Assembly: GCA_027319905.1 (NCBI GenBank)
Contig: DAHVMJ010000006.1
Coordinates: 1-40,143 of the forward strand
DNA length: 40,143 nucleotides
Source: Candidatus Micrarchaeota archaeon
GTDB taxonomy: Archaea > Micrarchaeota > Micrarchaeia > Micrarchaeales > CABMGC01
Reading direction: 5' to 3'
Both the position numbers and the translations under genes were made by a program. Below the pieces are notes generated by a model. The model saw only the letters and a program-made list of their open reading frames with translations. It was not told the origin of the DNA and made no database searches. The stretch's first letter is position 1. The number at the start of each line of letters is the position of its first letter. Shown piece by piece: positions 19,074-28,740 of this stretch.

Positions 19074-19883
19074 ATGGACAAAATGCTGACACGCATGGTG
19101 CTCATGCTTCTCATCGTGGGAATGGCTTCTGCCGGCACAGTGACGCTCAGCGGCACGTGCATAGTGAAGAACATAAGCAGAGGGAACACAGTCTTCTCGC
19201 TTTCCAACAGCGGGAACGACTCGGCGTACAGCCTCATCCTTACCCCGATAATCCAGGGTGCGACTCCGACCGCGAGTCCGTATTCGGCTAACATACTGCC
19301 TCCGCAGTCCAACGTGACGTTTGCGCTTAACTTCACCAACATAACTGAGAAGGGAGTGCATGCAGCCTACATGCTTCTGGCATACCAGCAGGGCGGTTCC
19401 GTATTTACGGCCACGTTTCCATGCCTGATTCCATTTGGCAATGTCACAGTTTCCCAGGTGCTCGTGGCGGCAAACTCAAGCTCCATTTCCAACGGCAACC
19501 TCACCATAAAGATCTCAGCATTCAACGAGGGCGCGACCAACATAACGGCTAACATCTCTCTCGCGCTTCCGCCTTCTTTCACTTACATAAGCCAGCGCAG
19601 CTACAGTGTTGATCTTGCACCGTACCAGGAGCAGAACACAAGCTTCAGCCTTCGGCTTCCACTTTACTCGCGGCAGGCGTCTTTCGGCTCAGCTGCGTTT
19701 GTCACCTACTCCAAGGCCAACCTCTCCTATGTGTCAATGACCAAATTCGCCGTGCTGTCGGCACAGCCGTCAATAGTCACGAGTTCGCTGCTGCTCGTGG
19801 TTGCTGCTGCCGCTGTTTTGGTCGTTGCGGCGTTCATCGTGCTGTCCCTGTGGAGAAGAAAGAGGAAAAGGAAATCTGGCTAG
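19074..19883 (+). CDS. Secreted beta-rich surface protein with C-terminal membrane anchor
   Basis: Signal peptide, multiple N-glycosylation sequons, TM followed by 'RRKRKRKSG'. Confidence 0.8.
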   Translation: MDKMLTRMVLMLLIVGMASAGTVTLSGTCIVKNISRGNTVFSLSNSGNDSAYSLILTPIIQGATPTASPYSANILPPQSNVTFALNFTNITEKGVHAAYMLLAYQQGGSVFTATFPCLIPFGNVTVSQVLVAANSSSISNGNLTIKISAFNEGATNITANISLALPPSFTYISQRSYSVDLAPYQEQNTSFSLRLPLYSRQASFGSAAFVTYSKANLSYVSMTKFAVLSAQPSIVTSSLLLVVAAAAVLVVAAFIVLSLWRRKRKRKSG

Positions 19884-21563
19884 CTAGCTGTAGTTCAGTA
19901 TCTTGTAGAATGCCACAGTGCTGCCGTTTTCAGATACTGGAGTAAGGTTCTCTGTGGCGAAGCGTTTTAGCGCATAAGCGCACACGGTGCTGTGGTACGG
20001 AGGCACTACGCACCAGTAACCGTAATCTATCACCAGGCAGCTGTAGTTGCTTATGAGACCGCGCAGCGTTTCGTTTGATCCGAGCAGGTAGTTAAACTGG
20101 GCCGAGCTCCTGTTGACCTCGTACCATATGTCCGGAGTGAACGAGAAGACGAGGCAGTTCGCCGGCACAGCTGTGTACTCTCTGTAAAACGTGTTCGCCG
20201 CACCCAGTATCACGGTCTGTTGCGGCATCTGGCCAGGAGGCAGCGTAACAATGGGAATGAGAAAGGCGAAAGGAACGATAAGCAACGCTATCGCCGCTGC
20301 GGCCGATGTTAGATAGAAAACAGCCTTGTCCATGCTTCCCGACCTGCTTTTTCTCGCAATCTTAGATACGGCGAGAACCGCCACGTCCCCGACTCCAACC
20401 AGCGCGTACGCTGCGAGCAGGCAGAGCGCGGGAAGCAGCTGGAGCATGAATCGCGAGTCGACGCCGTAGAGGACAGATCCGGCATAGAAGGAGGTGTAGA
20501 AGAGGAAGTATGTCAGGAACCAGAGGCCGAGAAGGAGCAGAATTCCGAACCTGTTTTTCGTCTTCCTGCGGAGTAAGAGCGCTGCAGCCCCCACAACCCC
20601 GAGGGGAAATATGGCGTAGTGGAAGACCGTGGGGTAGTAGCTTATCCCGTTCAGCTGGCCGAGCAGGAAGCTGGTGTTTACTCCTATGTTGTTCTGGAAG
20701 TTGGAGAGCGAGATGACAGCCTGGGCCGCAGACTGCCCATATGAAGGTTGCTGCGCCTCAGCGGTCACGTAGTAGATCTGAGGCAGGAGTGCGACTATGA
20801 ACACAAGAAGCACCACCAACGCTGCGGTGTTTTCGGCAAATGTCTTCATGATCTCCTTCAACCTAGAATGGAACGTCTCCCATATCCCTTTCTCCCCAAA
20901 TGCGAGCATCAGCACAAAGAATACCGGCACAAGCAGTATCGCCTCTATTCTCATGTAGCTGGTCAGCGCCAGCGTGAACGCGAACGAACCTAGCGTGTAT
21001 AGGTTCTTCCTCTTGACGAAGACCACGAAGAAAAAGAAGCTCAGAACCGCGAGCATCATGAATGGCAGGTCAAAGTCGGCCTGCGTCCTGGCCCACACGA
21101 AGAGGTTCGGCATCACAGCCATCGCCAGCGACGCCAGGACAGCGAAGCTCCTGCGCTCCCACAGCACGCTGGCGAGCAGGAAGACGAAGAGTATCGAAAG
21201 CGCGCCGCACAGGAGTTCAAGCGCGTATGCCGTCTGCGTGCCGATCCCGAACAAAGCGAACGCTATGGCCAGAAAAGCGGCCCAGCCCACCGGGTCGTGA
21301 TAGAGCGCGTTGATGTAGCACGTTTTCACGTAGCCGGTTCCGAACTGGCACCAGAGCGAGTTGCCGTGATTAAGTATGTTGAGCGCTATCCCCTGGTAGA
21401 TGTTCTCGTCAAAGTACAGCTGCTCCACCGGGCTGACATAGAGGAGCGAGAAGATCAGGAAGAAGGCGATTATCGCAGCAACAATGGCGAGCGAATACCT
21501 GTCCATGCCTCTTCCCAGCAGTTTTGCTATGTCTTTTCTCGCCATGAACGTGAACGCGAGCAT
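19884..21563 (-). CDS. GT-C fold glycosyltransferase (GT39/ArnT/PMT-like)
   Basis: 'YFDENIY' acidic motif after TM1, many TMs, 'SRFMLQ', C-terminal extracellular domain. Confidence 0.88.
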   Translation of the reverse strand: MLAFTFMARKDIAKLLGRGMDRYSLAIVAAIIAFFLIFSLLYVSPVEQLYFDENIYQGIALNILNHGNSLWCQFGTGYVKTCYINALYHDPVGWAAFLAIAFALFGIGTQTAYALELLCGALSILFVFLLASVLWERRSFAVLASLAMAVMPNLFVWARTQADFDLPFMMLAVLSFFFFVVFVKRKNLYTLGSFAFTLALTSYMRIEAILLVPVFFVLMLAFGEKGIWETFHSRLKEIMKTFAENTAALVVLLVFIVALLPQIYYVTAEAQQPSYGQSAAQAVISLSNFQNNIGVNTSFLLGQLNGISYYPTVFHYAIFPLGVVGAAALLLRRKTKNRFGILLLLGLWFLTYFLFYTSFYAGSVLYGVDSRFMLQLLPALCLLAAYALVGVGDVAVLAVSKIARKSRSGSMDKAVFYLTSAAAAIALLIVPFAFLIPIVTLPPGQMPQQTVILGAANTFYREYTAVPANCLVFSFTPDIWYEVNRSSAQFNYLLGSNETLRGLISNYSCLVIDYGYWCVVPPYHSTVCAYALKRFATENLTPVSENGSTVAFYKILNYS

Positions 21564-21620
21564 AAGTATGAAGGATGAGTAGACGGCGCCCGTTATCGCA
21601 TAGCCCAGAAGCAGAGTCAG

Positions 21621-23318
21621 TCAAGCACCCCTGTTCTCCACATAGAATCCGCCGAGGAACATGTGCCTGGTCTTTGTCTTCTTCATCGTGAGCAGCGCAT
21701 CCTCTGGGTTCATGACTATCGGCATGCCGTGTATGTTGAAGCTGGTGTTGAGCACGACGCCGTAGCCGAGCTTCCTTTTCACCCTCTCGAGCAGTTTCCT
21801 GTAGTTCCCGTTCTCGTTTCCAACCATCTGCGGCCTCGCCGTGTTGTCCACGTGTACCACCGAGCGGAGCAGGTCCTCCCTGCCTTCCTTCACCCTGTAG
21901 GCCATCGTCATGAACCTGTCAATTCCTTTCACCTGGTCGAAAAGCCTGCCAGCGTCTTCCTCAAGCAGTGACGGGCAGAACGGCTGGAACCATTCCCTCT
22001 GCTTCACGTAAAGGTTGAGCTTCTCCTTCACGCCCTCGGAATCCGCCTTTGCGAGTATGCTCCTGTTACCTAGTGCACGGGGTCCGTATTCCATGCGTCC
22101 CTGGAACCAGAAGACGTAGTTATCTTTGCTTATCAGCTCTGCGGCGTGTGCGCTCTTGTCGCTGTCCGCCTCGAAGCTTATCCCGCGCTCCTTCCTGAGC
22201 GCGTCCTCGATGTAATCGTCGCCGAACTCGTCTCCGAGATATGCGTCGTCAAACCTGTAGGCGTGCACTCCGTTCAGAAGATAGTTGACGCGCATCGCGG
22301 CGCCAAGCGCTGTGCCTCCATCACCCATGTGCGGGTGGATGAACCACTTCTTCAGCGCGCGAATGTTCCTTACCTGCATGTTTGCCTTTACGTTAGAGAA
22401 GAGGCCGCCGGCCATTGCAACATTGCCTGTGCCGTATTCGTCTATCGCGTTGCCGACGAACTCTGAGAGCGTGCGCTCCAGCAGCTGCTGTGCCATGTAC
22501 GCGAACTGCTCTCTGGGCATAGACCACGAGATTCTCGAAAGCAGGTCGTACTGCCTGAGGTGCGAATACTTTGCTATTATGTCAACTCCCTCGACCCTGA
22601 AGAAGTCCCTGAGTCTGTTCTCCTCAAATGGAAACGGGTAGGAGTATGCAGCCATGGCCATCACCTTGCCCTCGTCCTCGAGCTCGCGCATTCCAACTAT
22701 GTTGGTCACCTGCTCATAGAAGATGCCGAGCGAGTTCCTGGCTCTTATCGCATGCTCCCTCCTCAGTTTGCCCTTGGCGAAGGTGCTCACTGAACCGCTG
22801 AGGCCATCGCCCAAACCGTCAAGCGTAAGCACAAGCGCCTTGTCAAAACCCGAGGTGAAGGCTGCAGTGGCCGCGTGAGAGGCGTGGTGGTCCACGTAGT
22901 GAAGCTTGAAGTTCTCGAAGCCCATGTTTCTCAGGTGGCCTGCTATCACCGCCTTGCTGAGTGGCACGAAAGTGGGCAGCACTCCCACATTCGTCTGGAT
23001 CGTCTTCATGAAGCGGCGCAGGCTGTCTGTTCTGGGCCTGAGCATCTTCCTTCTCCTGAACCTGTAGTACACTTCCTGCTGATAGGGCAGGAGCCTAGAT
23101 GCTGTCTTCGCGAACTCTGCCGTGGGAAACGCCACGGCCTCTATCTCGCTCGGCTTGAGGTTCGCGTATGAAAGCGCGGCCATGATGGAGTTGTAGGGAA
23201 ACTTTATCTCAAGCTTGCGCTTGGTGTAGCGCTCCTCGTTGGAAGCGAAGACTATCCTGTTGTCCTCGAGCAGCGCGGCTCCCGCGTCGTGCCCGTCCCA
23301 TAAACCCAAAACGTACAT
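21621..23318 (-). CDS. O-carbamoyltransferase (NodU/CmcH/TobZ family)
   Basis: 'HDAGAAL', 'NEERYT', 'HHASHA', 'DGLGD', 'EGKVMAMA', 'GPRALGNRSIL', 'VHVDNTARPQ', 'NTSFN'. Confidence 0.95.
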   Translation of the reverse strand: MYVLGLWDGHDAGAALLEDNRIVFASNEERYTKRKLEIKFPYNSIMAALSYANLKPSEIEAVAFPTAEFAKTASRLLPYQQEVYYRFRRRKMLRPRTDSLRRFMKTIQTNVGVLPTFVPLSKAVIAGHLRNMGFENFKLHYVDHHASHAATAAFTSGFDKALVLTLDGLGDGLSGSVSTFAKGKLRREHAIRARNSLGIFYEQVTNIVGMRELEDEGKVMAMAAYSYPFPFEENRLRDFFRVEGVDIIAKYSHLRQYDLLSRISWSMPREQFAYMAQQLLERTLSEFVGNAIDEYGTGNVAMAGGLFSNVKANMQVRNIRALKKWFIHPHMGDGGTALGAAMRVNYLLNGVHAYRFDDAYLGDEFGDDYIEDALRKERGISFEADSDKSAHAAELISKDNYVFWFQGRMEYGPRALGNRSILAKADSEGVKEKLNLYVKQREWFQPFCPSLLEEDAGRLFDQVKGIDRFMTMAYRVKEGREDLLRSVVHVDNTARPQMVGNENGNYRKLLERVKRKLGYGVVLNTSFNIHGMPIVMNPEDALLTMKKTKTRHMFLGGFYVENRGA

Positions 23319-23382
23319 TGAGCCCCCAAATCAGTGTAAGTTCTTATGCAGAAGAAGTTTTTAAATCTGAACTTGCAGAAAC

Positions 23383-24432
23383 TCAGATTTTCAGAAGTGC
23401 CCCCAGAATAGATTGATAGCTCTCGCAAGCGGTGAAGTGCTGCTCCTTCTCCTTCCCAAGGTTCGCCGCCTTTACCATCCTGTCTATCTCCATGCCGCCC
23501 TGCCTCACGTTGCCAAGCTTCTGGCTCGTCATTATCGAGGGGAAGACGTTGCCGTAGCTGTCCAGGAATACGCTCAGCTCTCCGTCGCGGTTCGGCACGG
23601 AGCTCTTCTTCGTTTTGAGGAACTCGACTATGCCCTCCATGTACTTTATCTCAAGATAGGTCTTGGCGCTGCGCGAGATACCCCTTTCCCTTACCTTCTT
23701 CATGTTGCCGAGCAGGAACTCAACGTCCTTCAGTGCAAGGTCAGTCGGCGCTATTATCGGATTGTTGATGTTGGCGTAGTAGTTGTCGCTCACCTGGCCC
23801 ACGTTGATGTGGAAATCGGAGTAGCTTATTCCGGGCACTTCCTTCATTACCTCCGCCACGGTCTTCTCGAACTGGCCAGCATTTGCACTTATTATCGTGT
23901 AGCCGAAGACGCAGAGCAGATTGCTGTACTTCTTGCCCAGCTCCTTTATCCCCTTGAACATGCGGATCGCCTTGTCATAGTTTCCTGGCACTCCTCTTAT
24001 CTTGTCCTCAAGCTCGCGGTACCCGTCCAGCGATACGGTGATGACCACGTTTGGTACGCCGAGCTGCGCTATCTCCTCTATTTTCTTTATCTCCATATCG
24101 TAGTTGCATAGCGAGTTCGTGGGCATGGTGATCAGATAGAGATCTTTGCATTCGTCCCTGAACGTTCTTGCTATCTCAACTATGTCGCTCCTCATGAAAG
24201 GTTCGCCTCCGGTGAGCTCTATCCATTTGAAGTACCTGTTCTGCTTTGCAATCTCCTTTATCTCGTCCATGGTGAGTTCTCCCTTCGGCCTTATTTGCCA
24301 GATCAAACAATGTTGGCAACGGCTCTGGCACCAGTATGTAATAGAGAAGTTGAGTTTGTACGGTCTGTCGAGCCGCGCGAAGTTACTCCTGATTATTGTT
24401 GCCGCTATGCTTGCCATTTTTGTGCTCTTCAT
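23383..24432 (-). CDS. Radical SAM enzyme with degenerate SPASM/twitch-like C-terminus
   Basis: CxxxCxxC 'CQSRCQHC', 'TGGEPF', 'VSLDG....DKIRG'. Confidence 0.92.
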   Translation of the reverse strand: MKSTKMASIAATIIRSNFARLDRPYKLNFSITYWCQSRCQHCLIWQIRPKGELTMDEIKEIAKQNRYFKWIELTGGEPFMRSDIVEIARTFRDECKDLYLITMPTNSLCNYDMEIKKIEEIAQLGVPNVVITVSLDGYRELEDKIRGVPGNYDKAIRMFKGIKELGKKYSNLLCVFGYTIISANAGQFEKTVAEVMKEVPGISYSDFHINVGQVSDNYYANINNPIIAPTDLALKDVEFLLGNMKKVRERGISRSAKTYLEIKYMEGIVEFLKTKKSSVPNRDGELSVFLDSYGNVFPSIMTSQKLGNVRQGGMEIDRMVKAANLGKEKEQHFTACESYQSILGALLKI

Positions 24433-24503
24433 TAGCAGTCCACCGTCGTTATTCCTTGCCGTTTAACCTTTATATAGATAGGCGTGAAAGTTATCTTGAC
24501 CAT

Positions 24504-25190
24504 ATGCCCCAAAGCAAGAACGAACTCATCTCTATAGTCATACCGACATTTCGCGAGGAGAAGAACATAGCCAAGGTGCTGCGCGGGGTCGAGAATCAGC
24601 TGAGGGGCTACAACCACGAGCTGATAGTGGTAGACGACGTGAGAAGCAAGGATAAAACCGCAGAGATAGCAAAGAGGATGGGTGCCAGAGTCATATACGA
24701 CAACGTCGGCAAGGGCGCAGCGCTGATCAGGGGGCTTCGCGCCGCAAGGGGCGACGTGCTCATAGCGATGGATGCAGACCTCTCAAACGAACCCAAGGAG
24801 CTCAGGTTGCTCATAGATGCGATAGACATAGGCTATGACATCTGCACCGGCTCAAGGTTCATCATAGGCGGAGGTTCAGAGGACATACCCCCTCTCCGCG
24901 TCTTTGGCAACAAGTTCTTCGTCTTCCTGGTCAACCTGCTGTTCCGCGCAAACTACACCGACATGTGCTATGGATACAGGAGCTTCAGGAAAGGCGTGCC
25001 GGAGAGACTCAGGCTCAAGGAGAAAGGGTTCGGCATAGAGACCGAGATAAACATAAAGGCGATAAAGAACGGGCTCAGGGTTGTGGAGGTGCCCAGCACG
25101 GAGAAGAAGAGAGCGGCGGGCGAAGGCAAACTCCGTACTTTCCGCGACGGCTGGGTCATATTCAGCACGATAATGAAGAATGTGTTCTGA
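24504..25190 (+). CDS. GT2 glycosyltransferase, DPM1/ArnC-like (polyprenol-phosphate glycosyl synthase)
   Basis: 'SIVIPTFREE', 'VVDD..S.D.T', 'GKG.A', 'MDADLS', 'GSRF', 'D...GY', 'IETE'. Confidence 0.92.
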   Translation: MPQSKNELISIVIPTFREEKNIAKVLRGVENQLRGYNHELIVVDDVRSKDKTAEIAKRMGARVIYDNVGKGAALIRGLRAARGDVLIAMDADLSNEPKELRLLIDAIDIGYDICTGSRFIIGGGSEDIPPLRVFGNKFFVFLVNLLFRANYTDMCYGYRSFRKGVPERLRLKEKGFGIETEINIKAIKNGLRVVEVPSTEKKRAAGEGKLRTFRDGWVIFSTIMKNVF

Positions 25191-25620
25191 ACGAGGCGAT
25201 GGCATCAGTATACAGATAAGGCCGTATAGAGCTGCCGATTATAGTGCGGTCAGAAAGATCCTTGTCGAGGGCGGACTGTTCGACAGGGTCTGGGATCGCA
25301 GGTCAAACCTAAGTAGGAAAACACGGTACAACGCCAGATCTGTTTTGGTTGCAGTGGCGGAATCGAAAGTCATAGGCAGCGTTTACATAAGCTACGACGG
25401 CTGGGAGGGCTTCATATACAGGCTCGCAGTGCTCAGCGATTACAGGAAGCAGGGAGTCGGCACGCTGCTGATGCGTTCCGCGGAGCGCGAACTCAGGAAG
25501 CTTGGCGCCAAAGAGGTCGCCATCTTTGTCGACGCCAAGAACGCGGGGCTCCAGACATATTACAAAAGAAGGGGCTACAAGCTCTCAAAGGCGTGGAAGA
25601 GCATGTGGAAGAAACTGTAA
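25180..25620 (+). CDS. GNAT family N-acetyltransferase
   Basis: 'RLAVLSDYRKQGVGTLLM' acetyl-CoA motif A, 'N..LQTYYKRRGY'; start uncertain. Confidence 0.88.
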   Translation: MCSERGDGISIQIRPYRAADYSAVRKILVEGGLFDRVWDRRSNLSRKTRYNARSVLVAVAESKVIGSVYISYDGWEGFIYRLAVLSDYRKQGVGTLLMRSAERELRKLGAKEVAIFVDAKNAGLQTYYKRRGYKLSKAWKSMWKKL

Positions 25621-25657
25621 GCATGGCGCTTTCTGCTCACGTATTTAATTCTTATCT

Positions 25658-26194
25658 ATGTCTATCTTACAGGGCAGTGATGGCTTGGTCAGGGAATACT
25701 ACGGCGACGAGGATCCTGGAGACGGCGAGAAGAAGCACCAGCCTGCAACAACTAACGTGGCGGGGCCCATCTCTGCTTGGCTCGTCCTCCTCTTCGTGGC
25801 TCTCGCGATAAAGTTCTTCGTGTCAAGCGGAACCGCGTCAGGTGCTGGCGGGATAAGCAGCACGCTTGCAAACGCCTCAAACTTCATACTCTTCTTTCCT
25901 GGGGACATAATACTGCCCCTCGTAATAGGCGCCGCGATAGGAGCCGAGGTGGGCATAAGATCAAAGACGCTGAAGAAAGCAGGGCAGGCTGGCCTGATGA
26001 ACGGAGTCTACGCCGCTGTTGTTTATACTATAGGCATAGTGACAATCTACGCCGTGCTTTCCGCTGTTTTCCCAAGCATAGCGCCCTCCACAAGCTTCCT
26101 GATCGTTTCCTGGCTCGCGCTGCCTGTTGTGATATGCATCGCGCTGTCGGAAGGCTTTGCCCTGCTCTCGTATTCGAGGAAGGTAAGCTCCTAA
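25658..26194 (+). CDS. Hypothetical membrane protein (about 4 TM)
   Basis: Hydrophobic segments, host-like codon usage. Confidence 0.75.
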   Translation: MSILQGSDGLVREYYGDEDPGDGEKKHQPATTNVAGPISAWLVLLFVALAIKFFVSSGTASGAGGISSTLANASNFILFFPGDIILPLVIGAAIGAEVGIRSKTLKKAGQAGLMNGVYAAVVYTIGIVTIYAVLSAVFPSIAPSTSFLIVSWLALPVVICIALSEGFALLSYSRKVSS

Positions 26195-26205
26195 AGCCTT
26201 CCCGG

Positions 26206-27369
26206 TCACCCGTCTTCAAGGAACTTTAGCAGCATCTTCTTCGTCGACTCTATCTCTTCCCTCTCTATGTATTCGTTGGCCGTGTGGTCGCGATAGCCGT
26301 CAGAGGGCCCGTAGGCCACTGAGGGCACGCCGCGTTCGGCAAACAGTCTGCCGTCGACCACTCCCCAGGTCCCGAAGCGCCTCCTCTCGCCGCAAACGTC
26401 CATGAATCTCTTCACGAACCTGTTCTTGCTGTCGCTTATGTAGCCGTTCATCTTCAGATCTACCTCCATGCTCGACCTGATTCCGAGCTTTTTGCTCAGG
26501 CCCGAGAGGTAGGCTCGCAGCTCGCGTACCGCATCGTCTGCATTCTCCTCTGGCAGCAAACGCATGTCAAAGCTCGCTTCGCACAGCCCCGGTATGACGT
26601 TCGCTTTCTCCCCACTCCTTATCATCGTTATGTTGAATCTGCCGAACACGTTCTTGTACGGCGCGTCTTTCTCCGAAAGCTCAAGCACCGACCTGCGCCT
26701 CGCTCTTATCTTCTTGAATCCGCGCTCCAGCTCGCCGAGCAGCGCGAAGCTCTCGCTTATCGCGTTCTTGCCTTTCCACTCGGCTCCGGCGTGCGACTGC
26801 CTGCCGTATACGCGTATCTTCCCATCAACGCCCCCGCTGCATCCGACAACAGGATGATTGTGGCCGTCCATGATCAGGGCAAAATCCACTCCCTTCCCGA
26901 GCCCCTTCCTCAGCACATACTCCACCCCGTATCTGCTCCCTATCTCCTCGTCGCAGGTAAGCATGAGGCGTATGTTGTATTTGCTTGAACCTCCCCCTGC
27001 CGCCTCCCTCACCGCGCCCATTGTTATCGCCACGGGTCCCTTGTCGTCTATCGTGCCCCTGCCGTAGAACCTGTTTTTTTTAGCCACCAGCCTGAAAGGG
27101 TCTGTCAGCCAGCCATCGCCCGGTGGCACCACGTCGTAGTGGCAGTTTATCACTATGTTGTCCTTCTTCCCGAGGTCGAAATCGGCAATCACATTCGGCC
27201 ACGACGCCTTCGTGGCGCCGTCCCTCTTCGGATCCACTATGCTCACCTTTGCGCCAATCGCCTTGAGCTCCTTTTCCAGCAGCGCAGCCATCCCTCGTGC
27301 CGCTGCCTCGTCCCCCGACACAGTGGGCCTTGACACAAGCTTGCCAAGAATCCCTATCTCGTAATCCAT
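26206..27369 (-). CDS. M20 family metallopeptidase (ArgE/DapE/LysK-like)
   Basis: 'NCHYDVVP', 'GRGTIDDKG', 'DEEIG', 'G.QSHA', 'NVIPG.C...FDMR', 'HTANE'. Confidence 0.93.
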   Translation of the reverse strand: MDYEIGILGKLVSRPTVSGDEAAARGMAALLEKELKAIGAKVSIVDPKRDGATKASWPNVIADFDLGKKDNIVINCHYDVVPPGDGWLTDPFRLVAKKNRFYGRGTIDDKGPVAITMGAVREAAGGGSSKYNIRLMLTCDEEIGSRYGVEYVLRKGLGKGVDFALIMDGHNHPVVGCSGGVDGKIRVYGRQSHAGAEWKGKNAISESFALLGELERGFKKIRARRRSVLELSEKDAPYKNVFGRFNITMIRSGEKANVIPGLCEASFDMRLLPEENADDAVRELRAYLSGLSKKLGIRSSMEVDLKMNGYISDSKNRFVKRFMDVCGERRRFGTWGVVDGRLFAERGVPSVAYGPSDGYRDHTANEYIEREEIESTKKMLLKFLEDG

Positions 27370-27382
27370 GCGATCCCTATGA

Positions 27383-28735
27383 CTATTTAAGCAGAGATTT
27401 TAATTCCCTAGCGTCCATCTCTGCCATCGACTTCTCCAGCCTCAGCATTGCCTCATCTATCGTGTCCTCTAGCGCAGCCTTGGCTTTCTCAGCGCTTCTG
27501 GAGACGCGTTCCACCACTCCGCTCCCGCGCAGCTCCTCCTTTATCGCCATTGCCTCGTCCGGCGCCTCCACGAGGTGTCCCATCACGCCATGCTCCACTT
27601 CGGCAAAGCTCGCCATCTTTAGCGTAACCAGCGCACCGTCGCGTATGCTGTCAGTGAGACTCTTCCCGGCCGTCTCGGGTACGCCGTCCTCCATGTCCAT
27701 GTATGCGAATGATGGCTTGGTCCCGGGCATTGCCTTGCCTCCGTCCAGCTGCGTGTACTTTGCCATGACGCTTACAGCGGATTCACCCATGGTGCGTTCC
27801 CCGACAACCAGCGGCGTGAGCTCGACGAGCAGCTTCCTGCCCTCGAAGTTCACGATTATGCCAGTCTGCCTCTTCTCTACCAGCCAGCTGCTTATGTTGA
27901 ACTTGCTCTTGTAAGCCATCATGCTGCCCAGAGCCTGCTCCGCCTCCGCAGCATTGCTAACGATATTCACGGCCACGGCTCTCCCTCCTGCCTCGTTTGT
28001 TTTTACGACCAGCTGCCCCATATCACTCAGCGCCTTCCTTATCGTCTCTCTGGCCTCCTGCCGTGTCTGCGCAGAAAGATCGACGAGCACGCGCTCCGGC
28101 GTGGCTATGCCGTTCGTGTCTAGTCTCTTGTATATCTGCTCCTTGCGCATGAAAGAGCCAGCCAGCTTTCTCTTTATTGATTCTGGCAGTTGGGGCGGAA
28201 GGTGAGCTGAAGACGGCAGGTTTATGAGCCCGTCAGCAACCGATTCGCCGGCTCCTATCCTTACAAAGAAGTTCCTTATGGTAAGAAGGTCCGGGACTAT
28301 CTCGGACATCGACCGCATGATCTCGAAATCAGCGTAGTTGAACACTGTCGTGGGTGTGTTGCCGTATCTCGTCGCTCCATTCTGTATCGCTATGCCGTTC
28401 ATGCCCTTGTCCACAGTCAACGCTGCTTCTATCCGCTGCGACCGCAGCGCCCTCCTGAGTATCAGCTCCTCGCCTATCGCATAGATCGGACCGAAGTTCA
28501 GGCCCGCGGTCCTGGCCCACGACCTGTTTGCTGCTAGGTGCAGCCTGGTATTGTTTTCGCCGTCAAGTTTGGCCGCGAGCAGGATTCCTATCCTTCTGGA
28601 GTACTCGCCGTCGCTGTTGACCTCGTGCGTGAGCTGGCCTTCCGGGAACCTGTTCGCATCTATGAACACGGGCCCGCTATCAGTAGGCACCACGTCGAAC
28701 GATGCCTGAGCCAACGCTATCCTTGTCCTGCTCAT
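27383..28735 (-). CDS. Divergent, circularly permuted ATP-grasp-like ligase (putative)
   Basis: N-terminal 'SFDVVPTDSGPVFIDANRFPEG' resembles the normally C-terminal D...GP..ExN..P motif; internal 'MRKEQIYKRL..NGIATP', 'LVVKTNEAGGRAV', 'WLVEK'; ATG 28735 behind SD AGGTGA. Confidence 0.62.
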   Translation of the reverse strand: MSRTRIALAQASFDVVPTDSGPVFIDANRFPEGQLTHEVNSDGEYSRRIGILLAAKLDGENNTRLHLAANRSWARTAGLNFGPIYAIGEELILRRALRSQRIEAALTVDKGMNGIAIQNGATRYGNTPTTVFNYADFEIMRSMSEIVPDLLTIRNFFVRIGAGESVADGLINLPSSAHLPPQLPESIKRKLAGSFMRKEQIYKRLDTNGIATPERVLVDLSAQTRQEARETIRKALSDMGQLVVKTNEAGGRAVAVNIVSNAAEAEQALGSMMAYKSKFNISSWLVEKRQTGIIVNFEGRKLLVELTPLVVGERTMGESAVSVMAKYTQLDGGKAMPGTKPSFAYMDMEDGVPETAGKSLTDSIRDGALVTLKMASFAEVEHGVMGHLVEAPDEAMAIKEELRGSGVVERVSRSAEKAKAALEDTIDEAMLRLEKSMAEMDARELKSLLK

Positions 28736-28740
28736 CCTGT

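Noticed and set aside
25180..25219. Possible 2-nt frameshift at the GNAT start (ATG 25199 followed by GTATACAG)
   Set aside because: An in-frame ATG at 25180 overlapping the GT2 stop gives an intact ORF; a frameshift cannot be supported without homolog alignment or reads
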